A DNA stretch of 64,000 nt. Source: Acidobacteriota bacterium (lineage in GTDB: Bacteria; Acidobacteriota; UBA890; WLXD01). Positions 31,096 to 40,614 of the stretch are shown piece after piece. The notes beneath the pieces were generated by a model. The model did no database searches and was not told the origin of the DNA. It saw nothing but the letters and a program-made list of their open reading frames with translations. Numbering within the stretch: position 1 is the first letter of the stretch; every line of letters starts with the position of its first letter. The translations under genes and the position numbers were made by a program. Location: the NCBI GenBank assembly GCA_963666215.2, contig CAXWPL010000001.1:416001-480000 (forward strand), written 5' to 3'.

Positions 31096-32646
31096 TCAGT
31101 CGGCCTTGCCGAGGCCGAGCTGATCGGCCAGGCCAATGCGCCGCAACTTGCCGGTGGGACCCTCGGGAATCTCCTCGAGAAAGAGCACCTTGCGCGGCAC
31201 CTTGAAGTCGGCCAGGCGCGTCTTCGCGAAGGCGCGCACTTGCGCTTCAGTGGCCGCTTCATCGGGACGCAGCACAACAGCAGCCGCAACCTCCTCGCCA
31301 AGCTTGTCGTGCGGCATCGCGAACGTAACCACCTGCTGGACGGCCGGATGATCCATCAGCACCACGTCGACTTCGAGCGGCGAGATCTTCTCGCCGCCAC
31401 GATTGATGATCTCTTTCAGGCGCCCGGTGAGTGACAGGTATCCATCGTCGTCCATGGCCCCTTGATCGCCAGTGCGAAACCAGCCGTTGGTGAAAGCGCT
31501 GGCGTTGGCCTCGGGGTTCTTGTCGTAGCCCAGGGTGACGTTGGGTCCGCGGATCACCACCTCTCCGATCGATCCGGCCGGTAGCAGCGCTCCGCTGTCA
31601 TCCATGATCGCCACCTCGGGGCCGGCGGCGGCACCCACGGTGCCCGGCTTGCGGACGCCAGGCGGCAGCTGGTTGCAGGTCATCTGATGCGATGCCTCCG
31701 TCATGGCGTAGGCCTCGATCACGGGCACGCCGAACACCTGTTCAACCGCCGCCATCACCTGCGGCGGCAGCGACGACGACGACGAGCGGATGAAGCGAAG
31801 CGGCGTTGCCTCGATGATCTCGCTGTTGCGTCCGGCGCGCGAGAGAATTGCCTGATGCATCGTCGGCACCGCCGTATACCAGGTGGGTTGCGCTTCCGCC
31901 ATCCAGCCAAAGAACTTCAGAACATTGAACCCGGGCGAGGCGCAAACGGAGGCGCCGGCGCGGAACGTGGCCAGCAGCGCCGCCATCAGTCCGTGAATAT
32001 GGAACAGCGGCATCACGTTCAGGCAGCGGTCGTCCGCCGTGAGTCCGAGCGTATTGCGGATGTTGCCCGCCGACGCGCACAGGTTGGAGTGCGTCAACGG
32101 CACGATTTTCGGACGCGACGTGGTACCCGAGGTGTGCAGCACCAGAGCTACATCGTCGGGCGCTGCCGCACCCCCTGCGGCAGTCAGCTCGCCCACCGAG
32201 TGGCCGGTGATCTCGAAGCTACCGGCCGGGGCTCCCTCCGTCACCACAATCTCGAGCACCGGTACGCCGGCAGCAGCAGCGGCGGCGCGTGCCGGCGAAG
32301 TGGAGCCCTGCTCGACGAGCAACGCGCGAGCGCTGAGATCTTCCAGATAGAACTCGAACTCCTGCTGCCGATACCCCGGATTGAGCGGTGCCGTTGTCGC
32401 ACCGCTGGCAACCGACACGAAAGCGCTCGCCATTTCCGGTCCGTTGGGCAGCACAATCGCCACGCGATCGTTACACCCTATGCCGCTCGCGTTGAGCGCC
32501 GCGACCACTCCCCCCACATGCTCGCGTAAAGCCCCATAGCTCATCGGTGGCCGACCGGGGGAGGTGAGCGCGATGGCCTCTCTATGCCCGGAGTCCAGCA
32601 ACGAAGCGACTGTGGCCCTGCTAGCGGGGCTTGCGCTATCCGACAT
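31096..32646 (-). CDS. Acyl-CoA synthetase, oxalate-CoA ligase-like
   Basis: LHTSGTTSRPKIVPL, PLFHIHGL, WYTAVPTMHQ, EAYAMTEASHQ, INRGGEKISP. Confidence 0.88.
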   Translation of the reverse strand: MSDSASPASRATVASLLDSGHREAIALTSPGRPPMSYGALREHVGGVVAALNASGIGCNDRVAIVLPNGPEMASAFVSVASGATTAPLNPGYRQQEFEFYLEDLSARALLVEQGSTSPARAAAAAAGVPVLEIVVTEGAPAGSFEITGHSVGELTAAGGAAAPDDVALVLHTSGTTSRPKIVPLTHSNLCASAGNIRNTLGLTADDRCLNVMPLFHIHGLMAALLATFRAGASVCASPGFNVLKFFGWMAEAQPTWYTAVPTMHQAILSRAGRNSEIIEATPLRFIRSSSSSLPPQVMAAVEQVFGVPVIEAYAMTEASHQMTCNQLPPGVRKPGTVGAAAGPEVAIMDDSGALLPAGSIGEVVIRGPNVTLGYDKNPEANASAFTNGWFRTGDQGAMDDDGYLSLTGRLKEIINRGGEKISPLEVDVVLMDHPAVQQVVTFAMPHDKLGEEVAAAVVLRPDEAATEAQVRAFAKTRLADFKVPRKVLFLEEIPEGPTGKLRRIGLADQLGLGKAD

Positions 32647-32828
32647 CTTCCCCTCCGTTGGGGCGTTTGATCTGAGGGCGCCCGATGCTACAGGAGCGGT
32701 CCACAGGGGGCCAACCGACTGACCCTTGTGTAATCCCATCGAGTGGATATCTTGACGCCATGTTTCCTCTCGGAGAGCCCGGCAGCAGCGAGATTGCGGT
32801 GCGTGCCGGCCGGGGTTGGAGTGGCTGC

Positions 32829-34157
32829 ATGAGACGAGCCGATTTGGCCGCCTTCGCTGGAGTATCGATCGTCGGGCCCTTCCTCGCCTGCGGGTTCTTC
32901 TTCGGCCTCAACTACCTCGCGCTCGGTGTGGACCCGGAGCTCGTCGCCGAGAAGGTGCGGGCAGGCTTCGAGGAGGGGCAACTGTCGTACCAACGAACAA
33001 CGGCCAACAGCGCCCTCGGCGGCCATCCTTGGGCTGACTGCGAGACCCTCACGTTTCTGGTCGTCCGACCGGAGCGGCGACTGAGAATGGCGATCTCCGG
33101 CGCCAAACTGCACTCGCAGGCAGGCGGTCATCCGTGCGAGCGCTTGGGAAATTTCGTGTATGGCCGCGCCTCCGCCGACGGTAGTTTCTTTTTCCATCGA
33201 TATTGGAATGGTCATCGCGCGCTCGCGGGACTCGCACTGCGGTGGACGTCGGTTGAAGGCCTGCGGAACCTCTCTCGCTATGCCACGTACATCGGTCTGG
33301 CGGTACTGTTCTTGCTGCCAGCTGTCGCCCTCGCCAGCACCAGGAACCGCGCCGCCCCGGCCGAGACACGATTCCGCATCGCTTTCCTCGCTCTGGTGTT
33401 GGGGCTGTACCTGTTCTTTGCAATTCCCTACTACGCGCCGACCTTCTCGCACTCACCTTCCCATCTGGTGCTCTTCGGCTTCCTTGCGCTGGCGTTCGCG
33501 GTGAATCTGCATCGCGTCCGTCTGGTCACGGCGCTCGCTATCGCCTGTGGGTTCGGCTGCCTCACGGCGTACTTCGAGTACCTGATCGGCGCCACGCCTC
33601 TGGGGCTCGGCGCGATCATCGCTGTGCTGGCGCTGCAGCCCAAGCATGCCGCCAATCCCCGCGCTGTGATCGAACGCGCCGCGCTCATGTGCGCATGCTT
33701 TTCCGCGGCGCTGGTGGCCTGCTTCGCGATCAAACAGGTGGTGGCGACGCTCGCCTTCTACGGCGAGGCCTGGTCGCAGTTCTTCGCGTCGTTGTTTCAC
33801 CGCATCGGCGGCAGCGACTACCCCGCCGGTGAGTCGTTCGAGCGCTTGCTCAGGAGCAGCGCGCAGCTCGCCTGGGGCTCCGACAGCGTCGGCCGATCGC
33901 TGTTTGTGCTCTCGCCGTTGCTGTTTCTAGGCGCATACCTGTTCGCTCGCCGCCGGTGCCGGCTGACCAACGAGACACTCGCTGTCGACATGCTGCTGGG
34001 CTCGGCTCTGGTGATTCCGCTGTGGTACGCGGTTTTCTGGCAGCACACAACACAGCACGCGTCCTTCATGATTCGCATCGTCGCCTGGCCTTTGTCGCTG
34101 GCATTGGCTGCGATCGCGTTCGGGGCCGCTACGCGTGCCGTCCGCCCGATCAGCTAG
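32829..34157 (+). CDS. Hypothetical multi-TM membrane protein
   Basis: Long ORF with periplasmic loop (HRYWNGH) and many TM segments; C-terminal QHTTQHASFM. Confidence 0.65.
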   Translation: MRRADLAAFAGVSIVGPFLACGFFFGLNYLALGVDPELVAEKVRAGFEEGQLSYQRTTANSALGGHPWADCETLTFLVVRPERRLRMAISGAKLHSQAGGHPCERLGNFVYGRASADGSFFFHRYWNGHRALAGLALRWTSVEGLRNLSRYATYIGLAVLFLLPAVALASTRNRAAPAETRFRIAFLALVLGLYLFFAIPYYAPTFSHSPSHLVLFGFLALAFAVNLHRVRLVTALAIACGFGCLTAYFEYLIGATPLGLGAIIAVLALQPKHAANPRAVIERAALMCACFSAALVACFAIKQVVATLAFYGEAWSQFFASLFHRIGGSDYPAGESFERLLRSSAQLAWGSDSVGRSLFVLSPLLFLGAYLFARRRCRLTNETLAVDMLLGSALVIPLWYAVFWQHTTQHASFMIRIVAWPLSLALAAIAFGAATRAVRPIS

Positions 34158-35755
34158 CTCCCGGCAATGGCGGCGCGGATTGCCTTCACCGTTTTGTCGA
34201 CGCGGAACTGGATGAGCTTGCGGCCGATGTCTTGGGTCCACTCCAGGTCGGCAATGCTGACGCCGTTGATGCTCGCCTTGCCGGCCTCGACCCGCTGCTC
34301 ATAACGCACGCTCTCGGGAGAGACCGTCGACTGCATGGCGGTCAGCCAGAAGAAGTCGTGGAAGCCCTCGTTGCCCTCCTCGATACCGAGATCGTTGGTC
34401 ATGTACTCGATCATGTCGTCAACGGCGTAGAGCTCGGGGATGAAGTGGATCCTGCTCTCCGATCCCGCTCCCCAGGCTTCGTTGAGACGATCGGCAACAA
34501 CTCGCATCCCGTCCTGGTTGCCGCCGCTGGCGCCGATGAAGATGATGTTTTCGAAGCCATGGGCCTTGAGGCTCGAGGCAACGTCCTCGAGCATCATCTC
34601 GAAGGTCTCCTCGCGGACGCTGATCGTGCCCGGGTAACGCATGTGCCCAGACGGCGGGTCGTGACTGCCCTCGGGGACGAGCTTGATGATCGACGAGCAC
34701 AACGCATCGCCCAGCGCGCGGGCAATTCCCTCGCACAGGCCGGTGAGCTCGTAGTTGTGCTTCCCCGTTGCGACGTAGGGGCCGTTCTGCTCGAGGCCTC
34801 CGGTGGAGACGATGATGATTTTCTTGCCGGCGGCCATCTCGTCGCGCACTTCGATCCAGGTGAGCTCCTCCATCCAAACCGAGTCGAGCGCCGGAATCGG
34901 GTTGGGCATCGCCAGCTCGCGGCGCGTGGCCTCCTCGCGTTCCGCCGACTGGGCAATGAAGCGCTTGCCGTTCTCGAGTGCGGCGCTCTCGGTAACGATG
35001 ATCGCGCGGAAGCCCTGGCGTAGCCGCCGGCCGATGTCGTCGACGCCCGCGGTGACGCCGCAGGCAACCTGCTCGGCGCGGCAAGCCGCCAGGATCGTCT
35101 GGATGGCCTCTTCGACCGCCTCCATGTCGCCGTCATAGGCGCGACGTAGATCACCCGGTCCGGCGAACATCACGCTGAGGCCCGGTGTGGCTGCGATCTC
35201 TAGGGCGTTCGCGACTCCCGCCTTGTCTTCGACGATGAGCATGTTGACGTAGTCGCCGTCGGGGTTCGCCGGCCACACATTACCCGCGGTGGCGTCGTGC
35301 AGCGCCGCCACCGCAGCGGCGGCTTCTTCGGCCGTTGTTACATGCGGGAAGACGATCGCCGACACACCGGCCTCGACACCCTGCCGAACGTGGTCACGCG
35401 CGGCGTCGAGTGCGTCGCCAACCGGCGGTACGCGCAAGATCAACGGCCAGTTGGCCGCCGCGCTGGCGCCACCAACAGCTCGGTGCATGGCTTCTTTATA
35501 GGAGCGCATCGTCGCGATGTCGAAAGGACCGTTCTCGAGCGAATAGAAGACGAAGTCGGTGTTGCTGTTCTCGACGATCGCCGCGCCACCGGCTGCGCTC
35601 TGTTCGCCGGGAAACACGCCCAGCACCGCGCCACCGCCGGCCAGCATTCGCGCGATCTTGTTCGAGTGGTCATCGTCACTGCCGGCCGCGAGTCCGGCAC
35701 CCGCTACGCCGGCGACCACAACGCTGACCGCCAACATCAACAGCTTGGGTCGCAT
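34154..35755 (-). CDS. Secreted HpcH/HpaI aldolase-like + creatininase-family fusion
   Basis: Signal peptide; SLENGPFD, LIVEDKAGV, FAGPGDL; then WMEELTWIE, GGLEQNGPY..GKHN, HMRYPGTIS, SGGNQ. Confidence 0.8.
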   Translation of the reverse strand: MRPKLLMLAVSVVVAGVAGAGLAAGSDDDHSNKIARMLAGGGAVLGVFPGEQSAAGGAAIVENSNTDFVFYSLENGPFDIATMRSYKEAMHRAVGGASAAANWPLILRVPPVGDALDAARDHVRQGVEAGVSAIVFPHVTTAEEAAAAVAALHDATAGNVWPANPDGDYVNMLIVEDKAGVANALEIAATPGLSVMFAGPGDLRRAYDGDMEAVEEAIQTILAACRAEQVACGVTAGVDDIGRRLRQGFRAIIVTESAALENGKRFIAQSAEREEATRRELAMPNPIPALDSVWMEELTWIEVRDEMAAGKKIIIVSTGGLEQNGPYVATGKHNYELTGLCEGIARALGDALCSSIIKLVPEGSHDPPSGHMRYPGTISVREETFEMMLEDVASSLKAHGFENIIFIGASGGNQDGMRVVADRLNEAWGAGSESRIHFIPELYAVDDMIEYMTNDLGIEEGNEGFHDFFWLTAMQSTVSPESVRYEQRVEAGKASINGVSIADLEWTQDIGRKLIQFRVDKTVKAIRAAIAGS

Positions 35756-35853
35756 GTTTGGTTTCCTCTCAGATCGTTCGTAGGGGTCGAACGCGGCGGT
35801 GTGGAGAACATATTCCACGACGGTGGCCACCAACGCTCCACGCAGCCGGACTT

Positions 35854-36052
35854 TAGCAGGCCGTGGTGGAAGTGTGGTGGGCCTGGCGACAGGGTCTTGC
35901 GAGGCGGAGGCGCGGAGAGAGGAGGAGGCGATGTTCGAACGCATCGTCGACGACGAACGACAAAGCATACGACCGCGGGGCCCCTGCCGGATCTTTGCAT
36001 AGGGGGGGTTACGGCGATTTGGGGCCGCCACACTCCCACCACGGCCTGCTAG
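35854..36052. mobile_element. MITE-like internally deleted IS
   Basis: Imperfect terminal inverted repeats tagcaggccgtggtggaagtgtgg / ccacactcccaccacggcctgcta, TA(G) at both ends, internal RBS+ATG stub. Confidence 0.7.
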
Positions 36053-36192
36053 TGCCGTCTCGGCGACGAGGCAAGAGTCTGAGCTGGAGTGGCGTCGATG
36101 TGGGACGACGCTGGAGCCATGGCAAACTGCGGCGCGGGCATGATTCACTCGAGCTGAGTCTCCCGTAGGACGTACCCCGACGAGGATTGACC

Positions 36193-36945
36193 ATGCGACG
36201 AGCTCTACTCGGATCCGTTGTCCTCGTGCCACCCGTGCTCCTCGGCGCTGCCCTGGCGTTGGCCTACTCCGCCTCACAGGAGCAAGCGGTGCGAGCCGCC
36301 GACCTGGCACTGGCCGAGGCGGTCGCCAGTCGCGACGTTGAGCGATTCAAGTCGCTGATCGCGGACAACGGGACTTTCTTGGGAGCCTCTGCCGTAGTGG
36401 GACCCGATGAGGTTGCCGCGGCCTGGGCGGGCTTTTTCGACCCGGCGTCGCGCACGACCCTGACCTGGGCGCCAACACATGCCGTGGTCGCCGCGTCTGG
36501 CGATCTGGCGTTCACGATCGGCGACGCTCGGCTTCGAGCGCCGGACAGAAACGGCAACATCACCGAGAGCCCGAGTCACTACGTCAGCGTCTGGGCACGG
36601 CGCGGCGGCGGCGCGTGGCAAGTCGCAGCCGATGGCCCGCTCACAGCCCGGCACCCGGAGGCCGAGGCACCAGATGACCAACGACCGGAGGTATGGGGCG
36701 CGACCGGGCTCACGATGACGCCAGGCCATGCGCTGTCGTTCCAACGTCGGCCAACTCGCGTCGTGACCGCCGACTCAGGCGAGCTCGCCTACAGCCTGGG
36801 CGAGTACACCTTGCACCTCGAATCGAGCAGCTCCGCGAACTCGGACGCGCCGCGGCAGAGCCTCTACCTCGCGGTCTGGCGACGCCAACCAGGTGGGCGT
36901 TGGCAAACGGTCGCCGAAAGCGTGCAGCCTACAGCCAGGTCGTAG
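36193..36945 (+). CDS. Exported DUF4440/NTF2-like protein with a duplicated domain
   Basis: Signal peptide; repeated SGDLAFT.G / SGELAYSLG and YVSVW / YLAVW..G.WQ. Confidence 0.75.
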   Translation: MRRALLGSVVLVPPVLLGAALALAYSASQEQAVRAADLALAEAVASRDVERFKSLIADNGTFLGASAVVGPDEVAAAWAGFFDPASRTTLTWAPTHAVVAASGDLAFTIGDARLRAPDRNGNITESPSHYVSVWARRGGGAWQVAADGPLTARHPEAEAPDDQRPEVWGATGLTMTPGHALSFQRRPTRVVTADSGELAYSLGEYTLHLESSSSANSDAPRQSLYLAVWRRQPGGRWQTVAESVQPTARS

Positions 36946-37086
36946 GGCAAGATCAAGATCGCTGCTGCTGGACGCGGCAGCCACTCCCGCCCCCGAGGGG
37001 ACACCCACCGTATCCGCCGTACGACGTCTCACGCGCTTGTCAGAATCCCATGGTGTTGGACCGCCAGAACGCGCTAGCGTCGAGGC

Positions 37087-38223
37087 ATGTCACTGCTTGC
37101 TCTCGTGGGACTGGGTACGATGGCCATGTGGCTGTCGTACGCCAACGGCGCCAACGACAACTACAAGGGCGTTGCCACCCTGTTCGGCAGCGACACCACC
37201 AGCTACCGGCAGGCGTTGGTGTGGGGCACGGCCACAACGTTCGCTGGCTCGCTGGTGGCCGTGCTGTTTGCCGGCCGACTCGTGCGCGCTTTCTCGGGCC
37301 ACGGAGTCGTACCCGACGCGCTGGTGGGCGATCCACGGCTGTTGTTTTCCGTGGCAGCGGCGGCAGCTGCCGTCGTCATGGTGGCGACGATCACCGGCCT
37401 GCCGATTTCGACCACCCACGCGCTCGTAGGGGGACTGACGGGCGCGGGCGTCAGCTCGACGGGCCTCACCGGCATCTCGTGGCCTACGCTCGGAGCGGCG
37501 TTCGCCGCACCATTGCTCATCAGCCCATTGATGTCAGGGCTTATTGTCGCGGCCACCTACCCGCCGCTACGCGCCGCTCGTAGGCGTCTCGGCGTACGCC
37601 ACGACTCTTGTGTCTGCATCGAGCCCGAGCCCACAGCCGAGCTGGCGGCCGCCGACGGGGCCGCGCTGCTGTCGCACACCACCACCACGCCGTTACGCAC
37701 ATAGATCGGCCAGGCACAGCAATGCGGGCTCGGCTACGAGGGCTCGATCTTCGGGTTCACGGCTCAGCACGTTCTCGATACGCTGCACTACGCGAGCGCC
37801 GGCGCGGTGAGCTTCGCACGCGGCCTCAACGACACCCCCAAGATCGCCGCGTTGTTGCTCGCCGGAGCCGTGCTCGAGCCCCTTTGGGTGATGGTCTGCA
37901 TCGGCCTCGGCATGGCCGCCGGAGCCTTGCTGCAGGCCTATCGGGTGGGCCACACCATGAGTCGGCGCATCACCCGCATGAACTCCGGACAGGGCTTCAC
38001 CGCCAACGTCGCGACGGCGTTCATGGTGCTGCTAGCGTCGCGCTTCGGCGTACCCGTCTCCACCACACATGTCTCTACCGGAGCACTCTTCGGCCTCGGA
38101 ATCTCAACCGGGGAGCTCGACACCAGCACCGTCCACGCCATCCTGCTGGCTTGGGTGGCGACGTTACCCGCGGCCTTCGTGGTCGCGTGGGTCACATACC
38201 GACTCATCGCAATGGGCGCCTAA
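37087..38223 (+). pseudogene. PiT-family anion transporter with one in-frame TAG (37702-37704)
   Basis: NGANDNYKG, PISTTHA, FARGLNDTPK, PVSTTH; both halves are in the same frame. Confidence 0.85.
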
Positions 38224-38274
38224 CCGAGAAGTGCCGCGGACGGCCCACCCCAATCGGGCGCTCGGCGCGCTCTT

Positions 38275-40614
38275 CTACTGGATGTAACCCAGGCTCCGTA
38301 GACGCTCGAGCTCTGCGGCATCGAGCCCTTCCGTGGCCTCTGCGTCGGTCGGCAACTCGAGCGACTCTGCCCACGCGAGCCATTTGTCGAGCTCACCCGA
38401 GAGCCGCTCAACGACCTCGGGATTGTCGCCCGCCACATCCTGCTGGTCGAGGGGGTCGGCGGCGTGGGAGTAGAGCTCGTGCTCCGCTGCATCGCCCGGA
38501 TGGTTAACGTTCCGGATGAGCTTCCAGTCGTCCACGATGATGCTGTAGGCATCGCCGAAGGGAGCATCGAGTTGATCGGTGCGACGACGCCACTCCGACA
38601 CCGCTGGCCGCGCCCGCCAGCTGTGCTCGAGGCCGTCGAGCGACAGCAACGGAGCAAGGCTCTCGCCCGTCATCCTCTCGGGGGTTGCGAGACCCACGAG
38701 ATCGAGCACCGTCGGCGCCAGGTTGAGCATCTCGACCGTCTGGTCAACAACCTGTCCAGCGGGAATCGCCGCCGGCCAACGGAAGACGAGCGGCACGTTG
38801 AGCAGCTCGCCGTAGACGTTCTCCTCGTGGAACCCGCCACCGTGATCGCGGAATTCCTCGCCGTGATCGCTGAAGAAAACCACCAGCGTGTCGTCGGCTA
38901 TCCCCAGTGCCTCGAGCTTTTCCATGAGGCGCTCGATCTCGGCGTCGGCTGCGCGCGTGGCGCCGTCGTACCAATCGAGCTCACGACGGTCGTAGGCTTC
39001 GGGGTCCACACCAGCCTCGATCAGATCCTCGCGGTGTGGGAGGCCCCCCGTGCGCTCCTCGCGATCGATAATCGGACGGATCTTTTCCATCTCCTCGTCG
39101 TGACGCTGTTTGGCGTCGGCCTCGCCCCAGAAGGTGTCATAGGGCCGATACGGCTGGTACGGGCTGTGTGGATCGGTGGTGTGCAGGAACACGAAGAAGG
39201 GCGCGTCGGCGTGGCTATCGAGCCACGGCAGCAGTCGATCGACGAGAGCCCGCGCCGACTTGCTGCGGTGCTGCCCCTCGGGAACCACGAGCGACCCTGG
39301 CTCGTGGAACACCTCCATGCCCTGGTGCAGGTTGCTGGCGCGACCCGAGAAACCGTTCGCTGTGGCACCCCAGGTGGCGTAGCCAGCGGCACGGAACGAC
39401 TCGGCCAGCGTGTCGGCAGCGGCCGGCAGCTTGTGAGCCAGCTCGTAGATGCCGTTCGAGGTCGGATACGTCGACGACAGGATCGACGGCACCGAGACCT
39501 TGGTCCACGCGCCCTGCGCGATCGCGTCGCTGAACATCACTCCGTCGGCCGCGAGACGCGCCACGTTCGGAGCCGTCTCGCGCTCGTAGCCATAGGCGTT
39601 GAGGTGGTCTTTGCGAAGCGTGTCGAAGAGAACCAGCACCACGCCGCGTGGTGGGTGAAATCCCGGACGATCCTCCACGGCACCGGCGGCCGTGGCGCCG
39701 CGACTGCGGATCGCCGGCGCTCCCCAGAATCCGATCGCGCCCTCTTCCCGCCCCTCGAGCGCCAACGTCACCGCCACGTCCTGGTTGGCGAGGTGGCCGA
39801 GATCGATCGTGACCTCTTCCCAGCGGTGCGGCGTGGTCAGCGTTCGCCGCAGCACGACGTCGTCGCCAACCTCAATTCGGAAGGTCACGGGAAGCTCCTC
39901 AACCGTGCCCAGTGCCAGATCGAGAACCGGGTCGGCCGGCAGGCTAACGGTGAACCGAGCGCGCTCGGGTGCTCGCGTGACGATCGACTCGCGATAGCTC
40001 TCCGAGAGCCCTTGCCAGCCCACGCCCGCGGAGATCGTCGACAGGTGCTCCTTGCGAAACACCAGCCTCACCGACTCGATCTCGAAGTCGGCATCGGCGA
40101 CGTCTGTGGGCTGCAGCAACACGTGCCGCGTCCCCGACGCCGTGATCGACCGCTGGCCGGCAACGTTGATCGTGTAGGACTGCGCGTCCTCGCCCGGAAC
40201 CAGCGGTGTCGACAGTTGCCAGGGAAACTCTGCCGCCCTCTCGGCGAGACGCTCGAAGTTCACCTCGTCGGAGCCCGAGAAGCTCATCCGCATCTCGCTG
40301 CCGGCCGAGACACGGGCACGAACAACCACCTCGTGCAGGATGTCGGGATCGTCGAGTCCCGTGGTCCGTTCGACGTGCAGGATCGGCAGCGTCGCAGTAG
40401 TGCGTCCGACGAACCGAGCGTCGCGAACTCGGCCACTGTCCACTCCCAGCGCTGCGGTCCATTGCGGGTTGTCGGCGTCGTCAAAGCGCCACTCGATGGG
40501 CTCGTCGGGGGCTCGCGACGCCGGGGTACCGGCCAGGGTTGCCGAGTCAAACTCGTCGACCAGGCGCGTAACGATCGGCCGCTCTACCGGGTTACTGCAT
40601 GCGGCAACGGCAAC
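38275..40614 (-). CDS. Sulfatase-like lipoprotein, 5' end interrupted by IS256
   Basis: FDTLRKDH, DPHSPY, YDG, FSDHGEEF..H, LNVPL; lipobox VAAC adjoins the IS end. Confidence 0.8.
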   Translation of the reverse strand, partial: VAVAACSNPVERPIVTRLVDEFDSATLAGTPASRAPDEPIEWRFDDADNPQWTAALGVDSGRVRDARFVGRTTATLPILHVERTTGLDDPDILHEVVVRARVSAGSEMRMSFSGSDEVNFERLAERAAEFPWQLSTPLVPGEDAQSYTINVAGQRSITASGTRHVLLQPTDVADADFEIESVRLVFRKEHLSTISAGVGWQGLSESYRESIVTRAPERARFTVSLPADPVLDLALGTVEELPVTFRIEVGDDVVLRRTLTTPHRWEEVTIDLGHLANQDVAVTLALEGREEGAIGFWGAPAIRSRGATAAGAVEDRPGFHPPRGVVLVLFDTLRKDHLNAYGYERETAPNVARLAADGVMFSDAIAQGAWTKVSVPSILSSTYPTSNGIYELAHKLPAAADTLAESFRAAGYATWGATANGFSGRASNLHQGMEVFHEPGSLVVPEGQHRSKSARALVDRLLPWLDSHADAPFFVFLHTTDPHSPYQPYRPYDTFWGEADAKQRHDEEMEKIRPIIDREERTGGLPHREDLIEAGVDPEAYDRRELDWYDGATRAADAEIERLMEKLEALGIADDTLVVFFSDHGEEFRDHGGGFHEENVYGELLNVPLVFRWPAAIPAGQVVDQTVEMLNLAPTVLDLVGLATPERMTGESLAPLLSLDGLEHSWRARPAVSEWRRRTDQLDAPFGDAYSIIVDDWKLIRNVNHPGDAAEHELYSHAADPLDQQDVAGDNPEVVERLSGELDKWLAWAESLELPTDAEATEGLDAAELERLRSLGYIQ

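Noticed and set aside
36960-37080. Weak transposase-like peptide on the minus strand (KRVRRRTADTVGV)
   Set aside because: Too short and degenerate to support
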